In this document: in pieces, positions 37,030 to 50,445 of the stretch
Layout: each line of letters begins with the position of its first letter
Position numbering within the stretch: position 1 is the stretch's first letter
Source: Phallusia mammillata
Taxonomy: Eukaryota
Assembly: GCA_965637545.1 (NCBI GenBank)
Contig: OZ281500.1
Span: 12,028,001-12,092,000 of the forward strand
DNA: 64,000 bases
Direction of reading: 5' to 3'
Made by a program: the position numbers and the translations under genes
The notes under the pieces: model-generated
What the model was told of the DNA's origin: nothing
What the model saw: only the letters and a program-made list of their open reading frames with translations
The model's database searches: none

Positions 37030-40000
37030 TTATAAATTAATAACTCTGGACAGTTTCTGGATCCTGTTTAGCAGCAGATCTCCTTTTTTGATAGTTTCCT
37101 GGTATTGCCAATTTTTGCTGTCGGGGCGATTGGTTTCTACCACTCCACCAACTTTGTCAATCTTGCAATGCAGTCGTCCAACAGCAATAAATCGTGACAA
37201 TTCACTACAAATAATACAAGGAACTGTAATACCCAAGACACAACAGTTATAAGTGTTGCAGAACTTGATTTTAAAATTGATTGGCATAGTGCATTTGTAT
37301 AACATTTCTTTAAAATTTAATAATTTGAATGTGGTCATAGAAATCTTATTTTTGCAAAACTTGAATACAGCAAATGTTTGTTGTACAGTATTTTGTTTAT
37401 CACAATTCAGTACAAGAATTTGGGAAAATTAAAAATGTTTTTCAAAACAACTTAAAAGGATACACTGTGGCCTGTTTTGAAGCATTTGTTTATACCTATA
37501 CTTATTGGGTCCCATATTCGCCAATGTTTTATGTAACCTTTAATTGTTTCTGCAGAAACTCAGGGGCCCCACACATGTAATTTGTTTGCTTTATAATCAT
37601 GCAATATGCGGTACAAACTATCCAAATCCCATTCGATTCAGACATTGTTTAAAGTTTGATGTGAAACACAACAATTGACACTTTAAATTGGCATATCCTT
37701 TCAACTGTGCAAATTGTAATGAATTAGGACATTGTTCAAAAACATTACCAATTTAGAGGGCTAATGGGGTAAGAAACACAATAGCTGACACCGTAAATTG
37801 GCATATTCCAAAAACACGTTAAAATTAATCTAGTTCTGCCCTTGTTTACAAATTTCACCCAGTTTAGGGGGTTAGTGGGGTAAATGTAGGGACTATAAGG
37901 TGAAACACAACAATCAATGCATACACATCTATATTACTATATCTACTCTCTAGGAAAGTTTCATCCAAATTCATCAGACATTTCATGCAAAAAGTGCATG
38001 AACAAACTTCACTGTGGGAAAAAGAAAAAAACAGTGAAATCAAAGACATGTCTGCTTCAGGGAAGGGGACCCATAATAATAAAACAATTTTAGGGGGCTA
38101 AGATTCCACACCCAAACTATAGTCTAATACGTTTGACAAAATATGCCAATTTTGAATCAAAGTATATCACAACCACAATTAAAACATGTTTGATGCTTTT
38201 GGTTTGTGATCTTCAACCAGCATGCAAAACATATGAAACACTTTTACATATTGGGGGCTAATAGGGTAACCAGTGCAGCTATCAAGCCAAAAACAAGTGG
38301 CACATGTAAATCTACCACCTGTGCAAGTTTCATCAAAAACGGGTCATACAAAAAGTTCATGTAAAATGTCCACCGAATAAAACAAAGTGAAATTTAACGG
38401 AACTCATAAAAATGTACAAAACAAAACCTTTAACAGTAGTACTATCTAGGGATGGGCCAAAACTGCAAATGTTCTGTTTGGTCGAGCACCAAGCATCTTC
38501 TGTTAATTCTTGGTGCTCGGCCGAGCATGCTCAGTGCATTGTGATGTCACAAACATTCTCAATTCCACGCTAGTTTTAGCTTTATGAGGTCCCTTACGTA
38601 ACCAGCGGTGTATTAAGCTGTACAAACCCAGGATGCATGCACATTTCCACCATGTAATGAATTTAAATAACAGTCAGTTTTATTCTTGAGTTTGAACACT
38701 AGTTTCGTATGTTAGCAGGGCATGAATTTGCAAATTTAATGCTTGGGTCAATTGTTGCATCTGCTCAGCCGAGTACCAAGCATCAAAAACAGCGATGCTC
38801 GGTACCGAGTACTTGGGTTCTGGCTCGACTCTGCCCATCCCTAGTGCTATCTGTACTATGACAATATTTTGCCATAAGTTTTACAGATTTTACATGATTA
38901 CAACCACTAAACCAAATCAGGTTAAAAAACTTATTATGTATACTTACTGGTCAATAAATTCTACAGTGACACCAAAGGCTTGTGCCATGTACTCAAGTGT
39001 TAAACTTCTGTACGACTCAAGAAGCTGGGTGTATGCCAAAACTCTCATTTCTCTGATGTAGAAACGATAATGTGGGTTAAAATAACGATCTCTCTTCATT
39101 ACTGTTTCCACTTCAGCTAAAATGGACAAAATAGTTTATGTGGTTAAAATCGACATTATTGTATAAAAGTATCTTACCAAGTCTGAGAAAAAACTGAGCA
39201 TAATGGCAATCATACAGGGAAAACAGATATTGTTTTGTGCTTGTCTGATCATAAAGAATCTCAAGAATTTCAGAACCCTTTACAACCTATAATGGAATGT
39301 TAAAATATTGAGATACAGAGAAGTTAGACATATTCCCACCAAATCCAAATAAGTAACAACTTGTTTACTTTATCTCTTAATTGTGGTCGATCCAGAGCCA
39401 TCATTGAAACATAAACTGTGTATGTGACAAAAGTCTCATAGTCCATTAATTCATAAGAAGTAAAAGTGGAAACCGTTTCAAGAAACAAGGTAGCTGCAGA
39501 TTTAAAATCTCTGATAGCAATTGAGTATAAGCCCTGATAGACTTTTAATCTGTTTCTTCTGTCCCAGTCACCACCTTCTTCAATTAACCTGTTTAGAGAA
39601 ACACAATGTTTGATTGATTTACTTAAACTATCCAAAGTCATATCTTACTGTTTTGCTTTGTCTACATTTCTTGTGATTAAGTCATGGTCCATATAAAACA
39701 AACCAATTCGTATAAGGTTGAAAATGATGTCCAATCTATGACCAAGCGCAATTGTTTTGTCATAGGCTTTTCGAAAAACAGCCAGACTTTCATCCTGTGA
39801 ACAAACAAAGCTTAAACAATTTTTGAAAAAACAAAAATGTTTTTCCCTTTTATCAAAATTTGCTAGTGAAGTAAATGCTTGGAAATAAATCAACTTAAAC
39901 TAAACATTTTTTTGGATGATGCAGATAATGCATTATTGTTTGTATTCTGGATGATGATGCTAGTTTAAATCCATGCAACAAACACTTACCTTAGCACCAA

Positions 40001-40398
40001 TCTTACAGAGATATTCTGCCTTGGAAAGAAGTGCATCTTTTTCGTCAGATTCATAATCAACTTCCTCCGAAATTTTCTCATCTAGTTTTTTAATTTCTTT
40101 CTCATTTTCCTCCTTCATTTTTTGAAGCAGTTTTTCATCAAGAGGCTTGTTTAAATCCGCACAAATTTTCTCATAATAAGGGGCCATGTCTAAGTTTGGG
40201 TAAACAATAAATTAGAAATACATATCAATGCTGTTTAAACTTATGTTTTTAATAATACTCACTGTCTTTCTTTACAAATCCCAATAATTCAACCCATGTT
40301 GCTTCGGTGGGCTCCAAAGTATAAAGAAACGCAAGGTTTGCAATGTTTAAATTAGGAATCTTAGGAAGACCTTCCTCTTCCAAGTTTTCTATCGGCAT
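37030..40398 (-). CDS. PSMD6: 26S proteasome regulatory subunit RPN7, 384 aa
   Basis: Exons 40398-40263, 40189-39990, 39794-39649, 39588-39369, 39286-39178, 39116-38948, 37204-37030 (1155 nt). [34 protein letters not shown] and [18 protein letters not shown]...QKLSRVINL* are near-identical to human PSMD6. Confidence 0.97.
38447..38843. mobile_element. hAT-type MITE (TAGGGATG family) in the last PSMD6 intron
   Basis: 11-bp perfect TIR TAGGGATGGGC / GCCCATCCCTA. TSD gtactatc / gtgctatc (7/8). CGAGCA/CGAGTA subterminal repeats. Confidence 0.85.
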
Positions 40399-41167
40399 TG
40401 TTAGCCAGTTATTACAAAACGACTTTTTAGAAAAAGCTACACCGGTGTGAGTATGAGAACAAAAACGGAATCTCGGTTACTCTCGTCACTCGGAGTCGGA
40501 TCGCATTGAAATTGAAAAAAGGGGAATGACCAACAAAATTGTGATTAACGAAGCGTGAAACTTTTTTTTGGTATTTATCGCACCAAAAAGTTTGTTTTAA
40601 TCATTTTCCCGAAATGGTTTACCACAACAACATGAAAGAACAAAATTGATGCAATAAAATTTTTGAGTCAAAATGTGCCTCAACAAAACATTGGTGCTTC
40701 TCTTTTCTACGTGAATAAATCTACAAATATACCTATGTGTACAAACGTTAATTGTGTCAGCGTTTTATTTTAGATTTTCTTTTTTGAGTTGCCTAATATT
40801 CTTTTTACGGTTCGTTCCAAATTTATTCAACCGTAACGTAAAAGGCGGAAGGAAGACCGATTGAGCTGAACGAATGACTGCGCCTACGTTTTGTATTGCT
40901 TTGACAGTTGAGCACGGAGCGTCGAAGTTTTTATTTGTAGCTGTAAAAATAATTGTTTTTCTAGGTATTTTTGTTTGTGCTAATATACACGCATTGTTCG
41001 CGTTGACTGACCAGAGTCCGCGAATCAACAACAAGGAACGCAGGTGATCTTATTTTGAGCACCGCCTCTAAAACTGACATAATTTTGTTGGACTGTAAAA
41101 TATCTTTTTACGTAATTGGAATAGCTGTCAACATTGTCAGCATTTTAAATTGTCTTATTTTGCAGAC

Positions 41168-42679
41168 ATGGCTGATGTTTCCAATTTTGGTGTGAAGCCT
41201 ATTTCCTGCCATGCCTTCAACCATGACCGCTCACAACTTGCACTCAGTCTGAATGACAATGATGTGCAAATATACAAAAAATCAGGAAAGAAATGGGACC
41301 TCATTCATACTTTGAGTGAACACACCCTAAAAGTAACAGGTAAACATATGTCATTATAGACACAACTTCAGTTTTCTACTTCTTTCATGCTTATTAGGGA
41401 TTGACTGGGCACCCAAAACAAACCGCATAGTGACATGTGGGGCCGACCGGAATGCATATGTGTGGCAGTTGACTGATGGAGTTTGGGTTCAGGAGTTGGT
41501 GAGCTGTTTGATAAACTGTAACTCTGAAATATAAAGTGAAACTATAAAGTATATTTGTTGCTTTCAAGGTTATTTTGAGGATCAACCGTGCTGCTACATG
41601 TGTGAAGTGGTCGCCCGAGGAAGACAAGTTTGCTGTAGGAAGTTCTTCCAGAATGATTTCTATTTGCTACTTCGAAAGTGACAACAATTGGTGGGTTAGC
41701 AAACACATCAAAAAACCAATCAGGTGAGCACCAATTTGAGTATACCTTTATTTTTTGTAGTATTGAAACAATAAAATAGGCAAATGTCAATGTCATCCTT
41801 AACTTTGCAGGTCTACTATTGTCACCCTTGACTGGCATCCCAACAACATACTGCTAGCTGCTGGCTGTTGTGATTACAAGGCATATGTGTTTTCAGCATA
41901 TATAAAAGAGATTAATGCCAAGCCTGGGGCAACTGTTTGGGGAAAGAAAATGAATTTTGGAAACATTATGCAAGAAGTTGTGATGCCTTGTACTGGATGG
42001 GTATGTTTTCAGCAGTGTAGTGCAGTTTTCAAATTTTGTTCAAATTTTGTCATTTTTAAATCTAGGTGCATGGGGTATCATTTTCCCCCAGTGGCAATCG
42101 CCTTGCTATGGTTTCTCATGGGAGCATTGTGTCAGTTGTGACTGGTGGTGCAGAATTGGTGGGTTTACGCACTGAGCATCTGCCATTCAATGACTGTATT
42201 TGGATAACTGAAAACAGCTTTGTGGCCGCTGTAAGTTGAGTTACAGGTTGTAAGTCCCACGAACCTTGTTTGTTAAATCTGATTTTATTTTAAGGGACAT
42301 GATTGCAACCCTATGTTGTTTACTGTTGACGGTGGATGCACAAAGGTAGATTTTTCATGCAAGCTTGATCAACCACCAAAAGCTGGTGGTGGGGGACGTG
42401 CAGTTTCTGCCATGAATATGTTCAAAATGATGGATAAAAAAGGAGCTGTTGAAACGGGAGGCAAGGAAATTGATACAAAACATAAAAATGCTATTACACA
42501 GGTAAGCAATGTCATAAACTCTTAATTGCTTAAAAAAATACACTTTTGACCAGCGAGTTTTGTTTTAGTTGTATGCATATGGACCAAATAAATTTTCAAG
42601 TGCTGGAAAAGATGGAAATGTGATAGTTTGGGATGCAAAGTCCCTGGAATCCTCCATTGCTGGTCTACGCATTGCTTAA
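41168..42679 (+). CDS. ARPC1: Arp2/3 complex subunit 1 (p41, WD40), 366 aa
   Basis: Exons 41168-41339, 41398-41498, 41569-41723, 41811-42000, 42066-42230, 42295-42501, 42569-42679 (1101 nt). Motifs [66 protein letters not shown]. Confidence 0.96.
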
Positions 42680-42878
42680 CTGAAGATCTAACGCAGTATA
42701 TTTCATATAGTCAAGTGTAAAAGTAATTCCTGCTCCTATTATCATGTATCGTGTGATTTTCTTGCACTATTCGGCAAAATAAATTTGGTTAGAGCATAAC
42801 CACAGAAACCTTTCAGTTCAAGTTTTTATATTTAAAGAATGATTGCACCATCGCGATAGAAACATTTAACAACAGTCC

Positions 42879-44651
<1,773 letters not shown>

Positions 44652-44997
44652 AGTTTACGCCCGTACAGACAACAGCGTTTTGTCGAAACTGTAAAATAAA
44701 CCATGCAAAATCATCAATATTTAGTGACAGCAGTGACTGACGTGGCAAACAGCAATCGGATTCCTTGTAATCTTTTAGGTTTATCTTACGATTCCTAAAT
44801 ATTCAGGAACTTTTTTAATTAACTATTTTACAATGTCGCTTTAAAGTGCGTAACTTGCATACCTACTTAAACAGAACAAGAAATCACCAGCAACACGAAT
44901 CAAGAATCAGCTGATCAGCTGCATAAAAGCACAACAAAATAGGAAAATCATGTACACAACAAAAAGTGACATGCTTTTGACATTGGTTCGTGTAAAG

Positions 44998-46035
44998 CAG
45001 TGGTTCTCAAAGTATGGGTCGCGACCCAAACATGGGTCGCGCAGGGTCAAAAAATGGGTCGCGCTATAGTGATTGAACGAACTATTACTGCATTAAGCAA
45101 ACACAAACAAACTTACTTAATGCAGTAGCAAAGTCAACTCACTCGACCACGTTGTACAGTAAAATGAACCAATCATTACCATATACAGACGACAATAGGC
45201 TTCCAACTTTACTGTGACGCACATGGCGATTGTAACGTCGTAACACGGGGAATAGTAGGACAAGTATTCGTACAAGGAAACATGTTTAGATTTGGGATTC
45301 ACTTCTATCAACGATCATGCTGCAAAGCCACTATGTGTGTTGTGTTATGTAGTGTTGTCGAACGAATAGGCCTCGTTAAGCCTGCAGCCATTTTGGCATG
45401 CTATGCGGCGACGACGTGGCCTCGAAATTGCAGTCCGTTTCGTTGTCGAACAGGACAGTTAAAAGTCGAATCACAGAATCACAGACTTTTACTGAATATA
45501 AATATCAAGTGGTCTCTTGAATGAAAAATAGAGGCGTGCATTGAAGAATTATGAAGGACAAATTTCAATTTAAGAAACACGCTACGATAAATCAATCATT
45601 GTTTCATAGTACTGTGTACTACAACTGGCTGTCTGCGTCTTTTTTCATGCATATCAGAAGAAAATAAATTTTTTGATCACAGTACGCCAGGCCCATTGAA
45701 GGCGCTATACCGAATCAGCCGGTCACCAAGCATTCACCACCATATGGCAAGGCATAGGCTAGAAAAATCCAGCCTGCGGTGGGATTCGAACCCACGACAG
45801 GAGTCTTTCCGGGACTCGCGCTCTACCAACTGAGCTACAACAGGCCCAGTGTAGAATCCGCCGAAAGTCGAATCACAAGCACCGTTGCCTGCCTCGTATG
45901 CTGCACATATCAGCTTCGTAGTAGGGGATCGCCAGATATGTTCATCTTAACATTTTTTGATGTTTGAAGCTTGGGTCGTGAGATGTTCATATAACTCAGA
46001 TTTGGGTCGCGGTCAAAAACGTTTGAGAACCACTG
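44998..46035. mobile_element. hAT-type MITE carrying a nested SINE
   Basis: TIR CAGTGGTTCTCAAA / TTTGAGAACCACTG. Perfect TSD gtgtaaag (44990-44997, 46036-46043). GGGTCGCG subterminal repeats. Confidence 0.9.
45476..45863 (-). mobile_element. tRNA-derived SINE
   Basis: tRNA-like head at 45845-45772 (TAGCTCAGTTGGTAGAGC A box, GAGTC/GACTC stem, GTGGG-TTCGAAT-CCCAC T arm, imperfect acceptor stem) followed by a non-tRNA body. A 14-bp direct repeat aaagtcgaatcaca (45462-45475, 45864-45877) is a candidate TSD. The boundaries are inferred. Confidence 0.7.
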
Positions 46036-46648
46036 GTGTAAAGTGTAAGCAAAAGTATATCGGTATTCGTTTGAAGTAAAACGAATGTGAAAAATGCATA
46101 AAAAAATTGTGTCATAAATGTTCGACAAATACGCATATGTCAATACAACATACACAAGTTTGCCAATAGAAATACAACTGCAGAAAGGGGGACTAAATAT
46201 TTTTGATGGAACTAATACGTTGAAAAGTACATTTTAAGGATGTCTGAAAAAGGCAAATCACTTTGCGATATGCATCCAGACATCATTCGTATTCGAATGC
46301 ATTCGAATACAGGTTTTGCCACCTTCATGCTGTATTCGAATGATTTTGGTTTTCGTTCGATAGTGCATGAATACAATTCGAATAGTTGTTGTTATCTTTT
46401 GAACCAACAATTCATGAATCCAAAAGCTTGAGGAAAGTTATTCGAATACAATTCGAATTGTTGTAGGTTTTTGCCAACCTAAGAATTTGCAAATTCGAAT
46501 ACACGATATTTTTTACAAATACAATTCGAATTGTTGTCGGCCTTTGTCAAGGTAACAAATCGTAAAATCGAATACATGACTACATTTTTACGAATACAAT
46601 TCGAATCGTTGTCAGCCTTTGGGAACGTAAGATACGTAAAATCGAATA

Positions 46649-47044
46649 CCGTATTTGCTCGATTGTAAGCCGCCCTCGTTTATAAGCCGCCCTCGATTGT
46701 AAGCCGCATGTTGAGGTGTTAATAAAATAATGTAAGCCGCACGCTGGAATTTTAGATACGATTGTTTCTTAATACATCTTTCTGTAGTTATATGGTACGA
46801 CTATTTGCCCATATCTGTTAGTTACGTTGATAACTGTACCCAACAGAACGTATATCGACGTATAATCTGTACACGCATACATGTTTTGAACCCCAAACAA
46901 TTTAAAATGTTGGAGTGTAGAAATGATTTCGGTATAAAATTAAAATATAAGCCGCCCTCGATTGTAAGCCGCCCTCGATTATAAGCCGCACAAACGGCAG
47001 CTAAAAAACAATATAAGCCGCGGCTTACAATCGAGCAAATACGG
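46649..47044. mobile_element. Tc1/mariner-type MITE
   Basis: 25-bp perfect TIR CCGTATTTGCTCGATTGTAAGCCGC. TA duplication (46647-48, 47045-46); removing it restores the repeat unit AATCGAATACATGACT. Internal TAAGCCGCCCTCGATT repeats. Confidence 0.92.
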
Positions 47045-47337
47045 TACATGACTTCACTTTTACGAATACAATTCGAATTGTCGACTACCTCCAGACTAGG
47101 AGTAGTCGCGAATATTTTGCTGCATATTTTTGCCGAATAGATTCGAATACAATTCAAATGAGCAGTGAATGTGACCTGATTTGACAATTTTTGTTTATGT
47201 TACGAAACAATGACACATAGAAGTTCAATTGTGACGTTACATAAATGGAATTGTGTTACAAAGCTTGCAACATTGGGCATGACAGGTGAAGCATGTTTTG
47301 GAAGCAAACATCTAACGGAGATTTAAATCAGTTATGC

Positions 47338-47877
47338 CAGTGGTTCTTAACCTTTTTGGTGAGGTTTCCCACTAAAGTCAACCACCAACTTCGAATTTCC
47401 CCCTTTGTTATTTTTATAATGATGTTTTGTGCCCTACGTTAACTAAACAAATTATTCTTCAATGAAATAATTTTGTGAAGCGATTTGGTCTGGAACTCCA
47501 AAGGTATACTGCAATCTTATTTAGTTTAAATAGTGCTTCTGTGAGAGATTAAGTTTTTGGAATTTTGAAGAGTCTCCTCTACTTGCAATAGTAATTTATT
47601 GCATCATAATCAACAAAGGAAAGGCTTTTATTCGCGCACAATAGCAAAGTCATTGATACTTTTAGTCTTGTCTGTGATGTAACAAACGGCCTTTCGATTA
47701 ATATGTGTCTTGTAAGCCTTGCTGAAATCTTACATCTTTTTACGGAAAAAATATTAGTAAAGTAACTTTCAACGATTAATTCAAAGCCTTGTTCGACCCT
47801 CGGGCCCGAGTTTGGTTACCTGACTTAGATAGTTTCCCTCTGAAAACATTAAATTTCCCACCGGTTAAGAACCACTG
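47338..47877. mobile_element. hAT-type MITE
   Basis: TIR CAGTGGTTCTTAACC / GGTTAAGAACCACTG. Perfect TSD agttatgc. An inverted sister copy lies at 58852-59596. Confidence 0.92.
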
Positions 47878-49605
47878 AGTTATGCTAATGTGGCAAAAAA
47901 GCTCGTTGGTTTACATTTTTACCAACAAATTTGCAAATCATAAACCCATGTTACTTTTTGATCGAATACGTTCCAACTTCGGGGCTCTTTTATTTCTTTT
48001 ATTTTCCGCAACTACAAGTATCCGAATCGGTGCATTCGAATACTATTCGAATTGTTTGCTTCTTACAACAACTGAACAATTCTTGAATATAAATTACTAG
48101 AACTATTAATACGAATACAATTCGAAGCCACACAAACGGCAGCTAAAAAACAATGTAGCCTAAGCCGTGGCTTACAATCGAGTAACGGTATTTGCTGTTG
48201 ATACAGCACAGGACGCAGGTGTATTACTTTTGTTTGAACCAAACGGTATCGCTGAAACAAGACTTTTGAACTGGATTTTATTTTTTCTTTGTTATAGGCC
48301 TACGTTTTGGGATGTTGCATTGTCACATTTCTCCCCCAATGATACATCTTATGTTTGTTACGTGCTATAGGCCTACAGTTTACCTGCAAATGGTCTACCC
48401 CTTTGCGCAACTCGACAATCGTTAACTGCAGTTACTGTGCTACTGTGGGTGGCGTTCTAGTCTAGTCTGACATCGATTAGCGGGATGAACTGCTTCCTTT
48501 CGCGAACTCAGGGAAACATGAAGATTTTATGTTAAGTTAGTATCACTTGATTTAATACGATACTTTGCCGCCAATTGCTGAGATATTCCATGTGCTTTCA
48601 ATGTTTTTCCTGTTAAAATCACTTAATCTTATTCTATAGGCGGTAATGGGCTAATTATCATTATGGTGCATCACGAACAGTCGCAGTCAAGACTCTAAGA
48701 CTGCAAGCCTTTGGTGCTCCCTTCGAATTCGCTTCGAGGATCTCACATCGGGAATAGCTCCGTTATGGCTGGTAAAGCTATGTGGCCGTCGCGCGTCATT
48801 CCGAAAGTTAACCGGCCCATTGCAAAAAAAAGCTGGTGTCCCATGGAACCTGTAATTCGCGACCCACGTGGGGTCGTTTGTCCTTTTACGGGGGTTCGCA
48901 GAGGCTTTTTGATAAACAATAAAAAAGTTAATAGCCTACCAGTACATAAAGTAAAACATACATAAGCAATCCAAGGCAAATATCGTTCTAAGTTATATCT
49001 ATTGAATGTGAAAAAATGTGGAATTGTTTTTAAATGGGGCCGCGAGTTAGCCTACATTTGATTGTTAAAGGGAGCCGGAAGATAAAACAGGTTGAAAAAC
49101 ACTGCTGTGAATAGTAGTAATTATCATGATTCCAAGAAGATATTATTGAACATTTATAATAGTTTCCACCCAGAAATGTTTCCCAAGTCATTAGTTGATA
49201 GTTTGTATTGCCAATGTTGTGTAGTGGCGTGCCGCAGCCGTTTTTAAATTTTAGTTCAAAAAAGCAACCCATGTTTAATAATTACATGCTCGATGTAAAG
49301 TCATCTACACCAAATTACGTTTAGAAAAACAAAGCCCCGAAACTTGCGGCTCTAATGACAATTGATATTTCATTAAGGTGGCGGTAACGAGTTTTGTACC
49401 TTTTTCAACGGACATTTGTAAACAGCCAACACGCAATATCATACCACCTGTCCAAAGTACATTTACGCCAGACAAAGATAATACGCTGTTGCAGATTAGC
49501 CCAAGCAGTTTTACCGAGGTTCAGGTTGCTTTTATCTGTGTGGCATTTTTTATTTTTTATTTTGTAATAAATCAGTTTGCTTGTATCACCAGATCTTGCA
49601 GAAAA

Positions 49606-50049
49606 ATGAAGTACTGTATACTAATAACATTGCTGCTGGTGGCCGCGGTCAACGCTGCTATTGAATACAAAGACTGTGGATCGCAGGTTGGGAAGATTAA
49701 AAGCATCCAGATATCAAAATGCAATGCTAGCCCCTGCCAACTGCAAAAAAGCAGCAACTACTCTGTCAACATCACTTTTGAAATAATGGAACCCACCGAC
49801 TCAGTCAAGGCCGAAGTGATTGGTGTTTTAGATGGCGTATCAGTGCCCTTTCCTCTGGCGAATAGCGATGGCTGCAAGAACAGCGGCCTCAAGTGTCCTT
49901 TGCAAAAGGGAATGACGTACAGCTATGTATCTACTCTTAGTGTATTAAAGAGTTACCCAAATGTAAAGGTGATTGTGGAATGGAAACTCTTGGATACGGG
50001 CGGAAAAGTAATAGTTTGCTTTGCAACACCAGTGGAAATTGTCGGATAA
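49606..50049 (+). CDS. NPC2: NPC2 / MD-2-related lipid-recognition (ML) protein, 147 aa, single coding exon
   Basis: Signal peptide MKYCILITLLLVAAVNA, then YKDCGS, SPCQL, GVSVPFP..DGCKNSGLKCPL, YPNVKVIVEWKL, VCF, with six mature Cys in the NPC2 pattern. A splice acceptor TTGCAG lies 5 nt before the ATG. Confidence 0.93.
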   Translation: MKYCILITLLLVAAVNAAIEYKDCGSQVGKIKSIQISKCNASPCQLQKSSNYSVNITFEIMEPTDSVKAEVIGVLDGVSVPFPLANSDGCKNSGLKCPLQKGMTYSYVSTLSVLKSYPNVKVIVEWKLLDTGGKVIVCFATPVEIVG

Positions 50050-50445
50050 TTTTTTTTCAATTTAACACCAATAATTTGTAATTTACTGTGACTTTATGTG
50101 AGTACAAAACGTGAATCTACGAATGCAATACAATTGTTAAAAAGTAAAAAATTCGTTTATGCAATAAAATTCTTGAAAAAAAGGCCGAAATGCAGTGGTG
50201 TATTTGCATTGGCCATCAGAGTCTTCGTGCAAAATTAAACATTAGCTTACCAAAAGGGCAACCTATCGAATGGTGTAAATACAGTGGTTCGAAGACAATG
50301 TTTACAAAAGGTTTGAAGGTTAACCAAGTTAACAAGGAGTTACACGAATGTTACTTTATGTGAAAAAAATGTTATGTCGGTAACACATCACTTTGCAGTT
50401 TATGCAATATTTGAATCATGTCATATATTTTTGTGACGGTCTAAA

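Larger units (their letters stand above)
46280..48127. repeat. Degenerate about 74-bp tandem array (core GAATACAATTCGAAT) interrupted by two MITEs
   Basis: Core motif at about 46369, 46444, 46517, 46592, 47064 (74 bp after removing the insertion), 47145, 48038 and 48113. Confidence 0.7.

Noticed and set aside
45772-45845. Functional tRNA gene
   Set aside because: An extra base in the acceptor stem, C at position 33, an anticodon and arm type that do not match, and embedding in a longer repeat body inside a MITE. It is treated as a SINE head.
48820-49105. Additional hAT MITE ending GGTTGAAAAACACTG
   Set aside because: The right end is recognisable but the left TIR and TSD could not be fixed, so the boundaries are unsupported.
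49378-49605. 76-aa N-terminal extension of NPC2 suggested by the ORF track
   Set aside because: It starts at GTG and runs through a polypyrimidine tract and acceptor. The ATG at 49606 gives a canonical signal peptide.
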